64,000 nt of DNA. Origin: Eledone cirrhosa. Lineage: Eukaryota. The position numbers and the translations under genes are program-made. The notes beneath the pieces were generated by a model. The model saw nothing but the letters and a program-made list of their open reading frames with translations, had not been told where the DNA came from and ran no database searches. The stretch lies in contig OZ024741.1 in NCBI GenBank assembly GCA_964016885.1, positions 218,178,001 through 218,242,000 of the forward strand. Direction: 5' to 3'. Positions within the stretch are counted from its first letter, which is position 1. Each line of letters starts with the position of its first letter. Below are positions 1-10,826 of this stretch, in pieces.

Positions 1-3000
1 GACACTGGACGAGTGCGTGCAGGACGGTTTCGTCGCCCTGCGCGCATCTCGGACATACCCGGCTGACGGCACCTCCATGCCTGTAGAGTTTATCCCGAAC
101 TGGCAAAGCTCCTCGGTAGCACTGCCAGGCCAGGGATTTCTGGAAGTTGTCCATAGGCCCCGGCCCGAAAGTTCTTCCGAAGAGGTTGGCTAGTTGATTT
201 TCGTCGACGCCTAGAGTTTCCCAAGTACGTCGTCGCTCTTCCCCTCCAATAATCCTCTATAGAACGCCAAGGTGGAGTTTCCACCGATCACATTGCCCGA
301 TTGATCGAGGGCTGTGAGCGCCTGAAGACATTCCAGTCTCCAAGCGCTCCCTCTCGGTCTTCGCTTGACCCAGGACTGCAGCTCCGTCAAGGAGACGAGC
401 TGGGGGAAAGACGCGTCTAGCAAACGGTGACCACACCTGATCACCGTCGAGGAAGAGGTGGAGATGTCGTAGCCCGAGCGCGTGTCTGCGCATCACCAGC
501 CACAGCATTCCCAGTCCTCCACGTAGCGGGTGTTGACAGCAGATGGACTGCCTGACCATCGGAGCGCGTCCCTTCCACAAAAAGCTAAAGAGCAAACGCT
601 CCAGTGCAGTCAGGCGGGGCTTAGGACAAGGTACGACGGTCAGGCGGTAGGAGATGACGGACGCGATATACACGTTAGCCACCTCCGCTCGACGTTTCAG
701 GGATAGCTTCCGCTCGGCCCATTTCTGGGTGAGAGAAGCCACCCTGCTCGTCACCTCGCCCCAGTTTTTGTCCGTCAGGAGTTCCGGACCGAACCAGACC
801 CCGAGCAATTTAACCGGTCCGTCTGTCCAGCGCCCGACGACGCTGTTGGACGGCATGGACCTGCCTCTCCAGGTGCTGAGCTGCAGGCCCACTGACTTTT
901 CCTGGTTGATCATTGCTCCTGTCACCGCTTCGTATTCTCTTAGTGTAGTGCCGATCCCCTCGATGTGTTTGGCGTTCGACACCACTACGGTGACATCGTC
1001 CGCATATGCTGACACGGATCTTCCGTATCCTAGTTCGCGCAGGACGCCCCTCAACGTCTCCAGTTTGTGCAGTAATGGCTCGAAAGTCAATACGTACAAG
1101 AGGGACGAGAGGGGACATCCTTGGCGGACCGAGCGCATGATGTTGAACGGTTCCGAAAGGTGACCGTTCACTCTCACCACAGAGCAGATGTCGCTGTGCA
1201 TGGCAGCGATCCAGCCTCTGAAAACGGGCCCAAAGCCAGCTGCCCCCAGGACTGCCGCTAGGTAACGATGGTCGACCCTATCGAAAGCTTTCGACTGATC
1301 TAAATTGATCAAGGACCCACCCATGCCAGGTTCCCTAGCTACCCCCTCTACGATGCATCGCAAGAGGTCGAGGTTGTCATGGATGGATCTGTCCGGAATG
1401 GCGCATGTCTGCGCCTCTCCCACCAGACCACCAACGACAAGCGCCAACCTCTTTGCTAGCACCTTGGCTAAAATCTTGAACTCTGTGTTTAGCAGAGTTA
1501 TGGGCCTAAAATTATCTATGTTATCCCCCTTGTTCGGATCCTTTCTCAGCAGCGCCATAGCTCCTCGGCTCACAGAGCTGTAAGTTCTCCCGTTCTGTTG
1601 CTAGATGCAGTAGACGTCCGCCAAGAGGCCTCCGAACAAGCCTGGCATCGGTACGTAAAGTTCATAGAGCAGACCATCCAAACCAGGCGATTTACCCCTT
1701 GTGCAGCCAGTCATTGCCTCCCGTACTTCAGCGGCTGTTATCGGCTTTTCGCAACACTCCGCCTCAGTGGCCGAGAGCCGCGACAGTCCGTCGAGGTAGA
1801 CACTAAAGTCCATCCCTCGATCCGGCCCGCCGCTGCCCCCGAACAGCTGAGCGAAGTGTCGCTGAAAAGCTTCACACATTTTCCCAGGATCGAGTAGCAT
1901 GCGCCCGTCGTGGTCCACCAAAGACCGGATCGTGGCTTTGTTGCCAGGACGCGCCTCCGCCACTCGGGCCCATTGAACGGCTTTCGTCCCCTCGTGTCTG
2001 AGAGCACGCACCCTAGCTCTGACAACGCAACCTTCGTGCTTTGCATTGAAGAATTGGTCAAGGGCCAATTTCGCCGTAAGTACGTCGGTCGCGATGCCTT
2101 TGCTAAGCGCCTCGTCTAATTTTCTAACTAATTCTCCCTCTGCTCTATTTTTCTCTATTGTTAAAGCCTTACTAAACCTAATGGACTCTATTCTAATTGC
2201 TCTTTTCAGAGCAAACCACCACTTGTTGTTGACGATGACCCCCGTCAACGGCCGCTTAACTAGTTCGCTAATCCGCTCTCTGTAGGCCTTGCGCGCTGGT
2301 AAGGACGCGTTTAGCTTCCAGTAGCCGGGTCCTCGTCTATGAAGCCTATCTAAATCAAGCACACAGATCACGAATTTATGGTCCGTGTAGCTGAATATCT
2401 TGAATTGTGGACAGCCTATGCTACACCTGTCTATTTCTTTACAAAATACTCTATCTAGATATGATCTGGATGACTCTATGCGATTTGTCCAAGTCCACAT
2501 TGGCATATTCGGGAAATCCAATCGGTACCTGTCAGACAGTTCAAAACGCCTGAGCAGGTTGGTGAGGCTGTTGCACCATCCTCCCCTATCCGCTAATCCC
2601 GCACAGTCCCAGCGTGCATCTAAGATCCCGTTCCAGTCGCCCACTAACACTAAAGAGCGGGATGTTCCAAGAAAAGTCTCCAGACGCCGGAAGAAATCAG
2701 GCCGCCCTGCTCCTGTCAGCGCATAGACGGCCACTAGCCTGAAAGCTTGCCCGTCTCCGCTGGTCACGTCTAGCACCACCAACTTACCCTCTGGGTCCAG
2801 GAAGATGGCCCGTATGGCGAGATCCAAACCTCTCCGAAAAAGCACAGCAACCCCCCCCCGATTCCGGACGGCTGGGAGATGCGTACACATCGTAGCCGCC
2901 GAAGATCGGTGCGAAGGCCCGTGCTTCGGAGATTCTGGTCTCGCTGATGGCCACTACATCTACGTTTAGTGACCTGAGGTCGTTGAGCAGGTGGCCCTGC

Positions 3001-3056
3001 TTCCATGACGACCCCAAGCCACGCGCATTTATGCTGCCTATTCTGAGTGAGGTCAT
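1..3056 (-). pseudogene. ORF2 (APE endonuclease + reverse transcriptase) of copy A, with frameshifts and stops
   Basis: ORF-track pieces 2784-3056, 1601-2890, 257-1573 and 211-444 are colinear with ORF2 of copy D. Confidence 0.93.
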
Positions 3057-3090
3057 GTTGAAAACGAGTGGAAAAGATGGGAAAGACCAC

Positions 3091-4262
3091 TTACCTTACT
3101 TCTCCTAGAAGAAGGATGGATTCTCCATCCTTCCCACTGCTTGTGACCTCCTCCGGAAGGATGTCCTTATAAATCCTCCTGGAGAGTGTTTGTCGGAAGT
3201 CTGCGATGTCTTTGGGGAATTTTTGTTTTAGTGTCGTGTACGTTTTCTGTGTGATGCGAGTGATTTGTATGTGTGGACGTGGTGTGAACTTTTGGGTTGT
3301 TGTGTAGTCTTTTTCTGTGATGCTGGTGTTGTGTTGCATGTAGTGTAATAATTGGTTGTTCAAATTTAATGCTGTGTAGTGTGTATCGTTTTGGTTGTTT
3401 TGTTTTGTTTGCGTTTGTTGTGGATTTGTTTCTGTTACGCTTTTTGGTGACTTTTGTGGTGTTGGCGTTAATGATGGTGATGGTGTTGGTGTTTGTGGTG
3501 ATGGGGTTGGTGATCCTGGTGTGGATGGTGGCATATCTGTCCGAACTTTTTTGTTTGATAATTTATTTGTTTCCCTCTGTATTTTGTTTTTGGAGGGGGA
3601 AGGAAGAGAATTTTTTCTTTTTTGGTTTCTTTTTTTCTTTTTTCCTGATACCGTTTTCCACTCCTCGTCGTCACAATCTGTCTCCAGTTGCGATAAGCCG
3701 GGGAGTGGAAAATCCTCCACAGGCGTTGGTTTTGGTTGTGGCGTGGTGGATGGTGTAGGCGCTGTACCCATCTTTCTTTACCATTCTTTTGGCTTCTTCT
3801 AATTCCCCCTGAGTTACCTGGATCGCTTCGCACGTTTTTGCTACTCTGGCAAAACTCAGGGTGGTTTTCTTAATTTCATTGTTGCTGTTGTTGTTATCGT
3901 TAATTTTGTTATTGTTAATTTTAGTTTCAGTTGTGGTGGTGGTGGCGTCAGTGGTGTTCGGTGTGGAAGAGTTCATTTTGGTTGAATTCATTTCGATATC
4001 ACGAGTTAATTTATTTTTTTCTTTTGTTTCTGTTGTCGCTGTGGTGGGGGGGGGGGGTTGTCGCTGTGGTAGTGGTGGTGGGGGTGGCGGCTTTAACACC
4101 TGCAGTCATTGGTAATGGCGGGAAATGAATGTCTGGCTGAGACAAATTTAAAATATTGCTACTGCTTATATTTTTAGTGTTGGCAAACGTAGTAATATTT
4201 ACAATGGTGGTGTCGGTGTGAGGTGTTAGTTTGTGAGGAAGGTGTGGCTCTGAGCCGGCCAT
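3091..4262 (-). pseudogene. ORF1 of copy A, frameshifted, lacking the central zinc-knuckle region
   Basis: N-rich N-terminus, SFARVAK..ELEEAKRMV block similar to C/D ORF1, EEWKTVSGKKKK basic block, FPKDIADFR C-terminus. Confidence 0.8.
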
Positions 4263-5149
4263 GATTTTTCAAAGAAATTTTTTTTTTTGTTTGTTTGATA
4301 ATTATAAAAAGTTTAAATTTTGGGCTCAAGGCCCCAATATTTTTGAGTGTCTTTTTCAGAAATCAATGTATGTGCACTTATATACAGTTAACAATAAAAA
4401 TGTTCCATGAATGGCAATTTTAAACAACTGAAAATAACAAACCTTTGCGGAGCTCACGATGATACGATTTACTACGTAGGTCGCCAATAATAATAATAAT
4501 AATAATAATAAATCATCAGTATACGGATCCTATACTTCATCCCTATAACAATTGTGTTTGCTTCAAGCGAGGGAGTGAGGGACTCTATGCGGTTGCTTGA
4601 CCTGCTGGAGGCGACGGCCAAATTTCTTTCAGGTCACACCACAACATCCTGTATTGAAGAAGAACTCTTTTATCGATAGCTTCGGGCCCCAGTTTGGTGA
4701 CAATCCTGTACTAAACGGTGGTGGGTTCCTGGTGGAAATATGTTCCGGGATTGTGTGAACGAACTTTCGATTTGACATTTTGTTGGTGATGGCGCTTGCC
4801 ACGTGTATTGTGAACGGATCATATACTTGTGTCTTTTTCCTCCACAGTCTCTGATACTTCTCGGAATTCTCCAGTTTTGGCTTCCTCTCTTCGGTGCCTT
4901 AGCATCTTTCGACTCCAACTTTGTACTTTTGTCGAATTTGCCGTTTGGAAGGCGTGCGCGCGCACACACACACACGGCATCCATCTCGGCACTTCTTCGT
5001 TTCAGTGCATCTCAGGACCTCAGGGCCCCTTCCGCAATTTCCTCTCTCCTCTCTCCTTCATCTTTGTGACCCACTGCTTTAAAAAAAAAAAAAGAAATTC
5101 CCTTTTTCACCCTTTTTTTCTTCTCTTTCCTCCTTCACTGTTATCGAAC

Positions 5150-7520
5150 TTGCTGCTTAGGTTGCCCGGACACCCACGGCACTCGTCTCAACACCATACG
5201 TGCACTCGCCCTCAGGCACAGTTCACAATCATCCGGTCTAGCTCGCTCCCAACCTCCTAATCCGTGCGCTCCAGGCATCTCTTCTCCTTACCCTAATGGC
5301 GGAAGATCTGACTCCCCTCACCCCTGAACGCAATTCCAACCTCTCCTCAACCTTCCACCCCACGGGAGGTTGACCGGTGCCACTCGTGTGCCATGCGCAA
5401 CAGGCGCAAGAGAGAAAGGGACTGCTCCAACTGCTTGCGTCAAACCTCTCTTGCGTCAAACTCACAAGACGTCGGATTCCTTGCACCGGTGGCACTGCCC
5501 ATCAGGCCTATCCACCCCGACACCACAGGTGGTCACGGGCGCCCGACCTAACGGGGACCTGGACCCGCTCGACTCGTATGAGTGTTCGGTGGCGACCTCC
5601 CACCTCAGGCAGTCGCGGAGAGTCATCACCAGTATACCCAGGTCTGTCCGCACTCCCGTGGCTGACGCGCTAGCAACTTCAATCGACCGAGCGCTTGGCT
5701 CGGGCCATCCACGGAATGGAACAGACTGTTCAATTTTGCTACTCTCGTACTCGGAATCCCGTTGGTGGGGAACCCAACGGCGAGAGGCAGATCTGGCCCC
5801 TTCCTGGCTTCGAGGCTCAAGAGCAATGTCACATCTTTCTACGACCCTTCACCCACGAGCCTCTCGGCAATCTCGTGCTACCCACCAGTGCCAACACAAC
5901 GACCCCAGTTCATCCACGACAGCACGAAACGTCCCCGGGACAGAGTCAACCTCAAACTAATTGAGGGCGACGTTTCGACGGCTGTTCGTGTGCTGGCCTC
6001 AAGCGACGCTGTGCTCCCACCAGCACCGGATGTTTTGTCAGCGCTCCGCCTCAAACATCCAGACCATCCTGCCGACATCAGAGACGTTCCAGTCCCGGCC
6101 AGCAATCTCTCCCCGGCAGCATCCAGCGAGGACGTGGACGCCGCATGCATTCTCGGCTTCCCCATTCTCCCGAAAGCCATAAGAGAATGCCAGGAGTCCA
6201 AGCACGCGGATTTGTTCCGATTAGCAGAAATACTGCGCCTCAATGACGCTCACCTCGCGCTATTCCTCTTGAGGAACTGTTTCGCCCTCCCCAAAATCAC
6301 ATTCACGCTGCGCGGTGCATCCTGCCACCACCATTCGACGCTGTGCGGAACTCGTCTGCAATGTCAACCTTGATAGCGCAGGCTGGCAACAGGCAACACT
6401 CCAAGCGAAGTTCGGTGGCCTCGGCCTCCGATCAGCTTCGGACCTAGATTCACCTACCTACCTCTCTTCGTCAGCGAGGTTCTCAGCGAAACGGCCGAAC
6501 TTGACCTGGCCCCTGAGATGGAACAGGCTCTGGCCTACTGGACAGGCGAAGGTCTCTCTATCCCCCAATATACCACGGTCCAACGTAACTAGGACGACAT
6601 CAATTGCGGGTCTTCTGTCAGGCGGATCGAGTCTGGCTTGAACCAACACCGCCTCGTCTGCCTCTGCTCCGCTTCTCAGCCCAACAGCGGCGCGTGGCGC
6701 AATTCAGTACCCTCCTCATCAACCAGTACCCTTCTTGAAGGTGAGTGCATGTGTGAGCCACATAAATACTGCTGCGGTGCGGTTGTTGATAAGTTCGGTC
6801 TGCACCCTCTGTCTTGCCGCCAGAGCGCAGGCCGTTCCCCCGACACACCGCTCTCAACGACATATTGAGAAGAAGCCTGGAAGCAACTGGCTTTCCATCT
6901 CAACTGGAGCCAGCGGGCCTAGACTGCGGAGATGGCAAGCGCCCCGACGGAATCACCCTCTTCCCATTCGAAGGAGGTAGATCCCTCATCTGGGACACCA
7001 CCTGCTGCGGCACGTTCTCCGCCTCCAACTTAGTTGCTTCGGCCACAAACACCGGCATCGCAGCCGTCTCGCAGAAGAAGGTAAAATAAACAAATACCGG
7101 GGTTTGTCCGGCCGCTTCCTCTTCGCATCGGTCGCCGTCGAGACCTCAGGCGTACTTGGACCCCGTACTGCCGGCCTCCTCCGCAAGATCGGAGCGTCGG
7201 CGGTCTGTCTGAGCAGGGAGTCCTGCGAGGTTGGGTGGCTGTTGCAGCGGGTGTCACTTGCCATTGTCCGCGGGAATGCTTTTGCCGTCTTGTCAGCGGG
7301 GTGCAGTACTTCTGCTTTTTGCCCTAGGCCCAAAGCCCAATTACCCTCCCCCTTCACCCCCCTCTCCTCTGCGGCACCTGAGCTCTTGCTACCCCTCCCC
7401 TTCCCGTTCTTTTTCTTCTTTCTTTCTCTCTCCCTTTTTTTTGACATATATTTCCCTATTCTTTCTTTCCTTTTGTCCCACCCCCTTTTTAAAAAATTAT
7501 TTCTATATTGAAAATAAAAA
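5150..7520 (+). mobile_element. CRE-like non-LTR retrotransposon (restriction-like endonuclease), internally deleted relic
   Basis: EGDVSTAVRVLASSD pre-RT block, WQQATL..KFGGLGLRS, Cys/His motif + RH, KRPDG..LIWD..FASVAVETSGVLG, WLLQRVSLAIVRGNA; RT core missing (junction near 6140). Confidence 0.85.
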
Positions 7521-7704
7521 GCCATTTCAGCTGAAAGTTTATCAGAATGTCTGTTAATTAATTTAAATGCAACTTCAGTTTGTTTTACTTTGTTTAGAAT
7601 CTGATGTTTTGATCAGGTTTTTAAAAGTTGAACTGCAGCTCAAAAGAGGGATCTAATAAATGTAGGAGGGTAGTTACAGCACAGAATGAATCATATTTAA
7701 CTGG

Positions 7705-7895
7705 GTGATGTCTAAAAACATCTGACTGATGAAATGACAAGTCAGTCAATCATATTGTTGGCCTCCCCACAGTCCCGGAGGACAGAATGGAGAAGGCGTT
7801 TCCCCGGAGGACAGCAAGGGAAATTGCTGGAAAAGCCATTCCAGCACGCGAGGCTCACACCTGCGGCTGGCCAGTTCAGCGTCTATGGTGGTGAG
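7705..7895 (-). mobile_element. 5'-truncated 3' end of a second CRE-like family
   Basis: Reverse complement encodes EWLFQ..SLAVLRGNAFSILSSG; homologous to 9935-10125. Confidence 0.75.
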
Positions 7896-8204
7896 TAGGA
7901 AGATGAACTGTCCGCTTAACAATTTACTTCAGAGATGAAGCATCTGTTTTCCGTTTAGGTAAAGCTGTACCATGTGTTTATTAGAAGGTCTATTCCATTC
8001 TCAGACCATTTATTTATTTTTTTATTGAGTAGTCATTCTGGGGTGACTATATTTTATTTTGTTGTTTACTCTTGTGTGTGTGTGTATATGTGTGACACAC
8101 ACATATATATATGTATAGTAATAATAATAAATGCGAAGACTAAAATCCAAAGAGGGCTCGATAAGGATGAATATATATCAAATATATAAGAACCCTAGAG
8201 CAAA

Positions 8205-8340
8205 TATTTATTAAAATAACAGCTTAAAATTTAAGCAAAGAATCGCTGCTTTCACACTTAACGGGATCTTCAGACGGTCCCGTTAAGGGTGAAAGCAGCG
8301 ATTCTTTGCTTAAACTTTAATCTGTTATTTTAATAAATAA
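8205..8340. repeat. Inverted duplication of a Penelope-like pLTR end (same family as 50860-50925)
   Basis: Arms 8205-8277 and 8278-8340 are reverse complements carrying tcccgttaagggtgaaagcagcgattctttgc. Confidence 0.75.
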
Positions 8341-8354
8341 ATAAATAAATATGT

Positions 8355-9861
8355 GGTGGTGTCATACCCAAAGACTGGTGCAGCAGTACTCTCATAAATT
8401 GCTACAAAGGTAAAGGAGGGGGGGGGATGCTCTAGAGAGGAGCAATTATAGGGGCATAAAGCTGATGGATCAGGTTATGAAAGTGGCAGAGAGAATATTA
8501 GCGCAACTGATTAGAGAAAGGGTCAAATTAGATGAGATGCAGTTTGGTTTTGTGCCTCGGAAAAGTACAACAGATGCTCTCTTCTTAGTGAGGCAACTAC
8601 AAGAGAAGTTATTAGAGAAGAATAAGCCACTATACTTAGCTTTTATTGACCTAGGGAAGGCCTTTGATAGGGTACCCCGATCTGTCACCTCGTGGTCCCT
8701 AATGAAACTAGGTGTAGAGGAATGGCTTGTGAGGGCAGTGCAAGCTATGTATAGGGGTGCTGTCAGTAAAGTGAGAGTAGGTATGGAGTTTAGTGGGGAA
8801 TTCCAGATACAAGTAGGTGTACATCAGGGTTCGGTCCTCAGCCCCCTCTTGTTCATTATTGTCCTCCAAGCCATAACAGAGGGGTTTAAGACTGGATGCT
8901 CATGAGATGCAAAATCAGTAGAGGAGTTAGAGAATAAATTCGGGCTCTGGAAATAGCAGTTGGAATCAAGAGGACTGAGAGTGAACATAGCTAAAACAAA
9001 AGTGTTGATAAGTAGAAGAGAGGACAACACTCCGATTCCATCAGGGAAATGGCCATGTTCGATATGTAGGAAATGAACTGGCATAAATTCCATAAAATGT
9101 ACGCAATGCAGATCTTGGGTACACAAGAGATGTAGTGGGATAGCAGGCAAACTAACAGGTAGAGAAAACTACGTATGCAGTAGATGTACAGGGAAAGTTG
9201 GCAGTATTAATCGCAGTGATAGACACATTTTTCCAATGCAGGTGGGTTCTATAGAAGTGGTTGATAGCATCCGGTACCTAGGTGATCAGATTAGCATGGG
9301 ATGGGGGGGGGGGTGTTCCGAACCCATAGTATCTAGAATAAGGACTGGTTGGAAGAAGTTTAGGGAGCTGCTTCCTTTGTTGACAAAGAAGGGTTTCTCC
9401 CTGCGTACGAAAGGACGGTTATATGATGCCTGTGTGAGATGCATGATGCTGCATGGTAGTGAGACATGGGCAGCAACTGCAGAGGATATGCGACGGCTGC
9501 AGAGAAATGAAGCAATTATGCTCCGTTGGATGTGCAATGTCAATGTGCGTGAACGACCAAGCATAGACGAGTTGAGAAAGAAACTGGGTATAAGAAGGAT
9601 AAGTTGTGGAGAGAAGGCTGAGATGGTATGGACATGTGATGCGCATGGAGGATGACCGCTGGGTAAAGAAGTGCCAAGAAATCCCAGTAGAAGGAAGACG
9701 CAGTAGAGGTAGTCCACGTAAAACATGGGCGGAGGTGGTGAAACTCGCCGAGGAGATGACGAAGGGCCGTGACAAGTGGAGAGATGCTGTGCTGAATAGG
9801 ACCCGTCCAATCCTTGCAAGCAGGGAAAAGCGGACGTAAAATGATGATGATGATGATGATG
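8355..9861 (+). mobile_element. RTE-clade LINE, 5'-truncated and degenerate, with a PHD-like finger inside the RT
   Basis: NYRGIKL, QFGFVP..STTDA, DLGKAFDRV, GVHQGSVLSPLLF, RLRWYGHV, GRRSRGSPRKTW; (ATG)n tail at 9841-9861. Confidence 0.9.
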
Positions 9862-9934
9862 ATATATATATATTTGTTATATATATATATTTGTTTATAT
9901 GACAGAGAGTTTAATTCATCTGCTACTACGGTAA

Positions 9935-10125
9935 GATATCTAAAAAACATCTGACTGATGAAATGACAAGCCAGTCAATAATATTGGTGACCTCCCCACA
10001 GCCCGGCGGACAGAATGAAGAAGGCGTTTCCTCGGAGGACGGCAAGGGAGACGCGCTGGAAAAGCCATTCCAACTCGCGAGGCTCACACTTGCGGCTGGC
10101 CAGCTGAGCGACTCTGGTGGTGAGT
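9935..10125 (-). mobile_element. 5'-truncated 3' end of CRE-like element
   Basis: Reverse complement reads CEPRELEWLFQRVSLAVLRGNAFFILSAGLWGGHQYY*. Confidence 0.8.
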
Positions 10126-10826
10126 TTGTTGTTAATATGGTGGGTGTTGTTGTGATTGTTGTTGTTGTTACTGTTGTTGTTGTTGTGATTATTGCTGTTG
10201 TTATTGTTACTGTTGTTGTGATTATTACTGTTGTTGTTGTTGTTGTTGTTCTTGTTGTTATTTTTGTTATTACTGTTGTGGTTGGTGTTGCTGCTGCTGC
10301 TGCTGCTGTTGTTGTTGTTGTTTTTATTGCTGTTGTTATTGTTACTGTTGTTGTGATTATTGCTGTTGATGTTGTTGTTGTTGTTGTGATTATTGCTGTT
10401 GTTATTGTTACTGTTGTTGTGATTATTGCTGCTGCTGTTGTTGTTGTTGTTTTTATTGCTGTTGTTATTGTTACTGTTGTTGTGATTATTGCTGTTGATG
10501 TTGTTGTTGTTGTTGTGATTATTGCTGTTGTTATTGTTACTGTTGTTGTGATTATTGCTGTTGATGTTGTTGTTGTTGTGATTATTGCTGTTGTTATTGT
10601 TACTGTTGTTGTGATTATTGCTGTTGATGTTGTTGTTGTTGTTGTTGTTCTTGTTATTTTTGTTATTACTGTTGTGGTTGGTGTTGCTGCTGCTGTTGCT
10701 GCTGCTGCTGTTGTTGTTTTTATTGTTTTGTTGTTGCTACTATTGCCCCTGCTGCTGCTGTCGTTGTTGGCGTTGTTGTCGTTGTTGTTGTGGTTGTTGT
10801 GGTTGTTGTTGTTGTCGTTGTTGTTG
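10124..10826. repeat. (GTT/ATT/GCT)n compound trinucleotide repeat with higher-order units
   Basis: Recurrent gttgttgtgattattgctgttgttattgttact units. Confidence 0.95.

Larger units (their letters stand above)
1..4485 (-). mobile_element. Tx1/L1-clade non-LTR retrotransposon, copy A (3' end outside window), degenerate
   Basis: ORF2 fragments with APE motifs (GDWN, SYLDRVF, YTDH) and RT motifs (QGCPLS, YADD); N-rich ORF1 upstream; 5' end abuts (AAT)n at 4486-4512. Confidence 0.95.

Noticed and set aside
654-1163. Recurrent 169-aa antisense ORF (also 24053-24562 and 30086-30595)
   Set aside because: Shadow of the RT frame in near-identical GC-rich copies; shorter in divergent copies B and E.
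4515-5100. Possible SINE fragment or short ORFs between copy A and the CRE-like element
   Set aside because: Similarity is only from memory, with no second copy in the window to support boundaries.
7762-7896. Apparent duplicated host exon (ctccccacAG ... GTGAGT), also at 9990-10125
   Set aside because: The minus strand encodes the CRE-like C-terminal motif WLFQRVSLAVLRGNA, and indels between the copies break the + frame.
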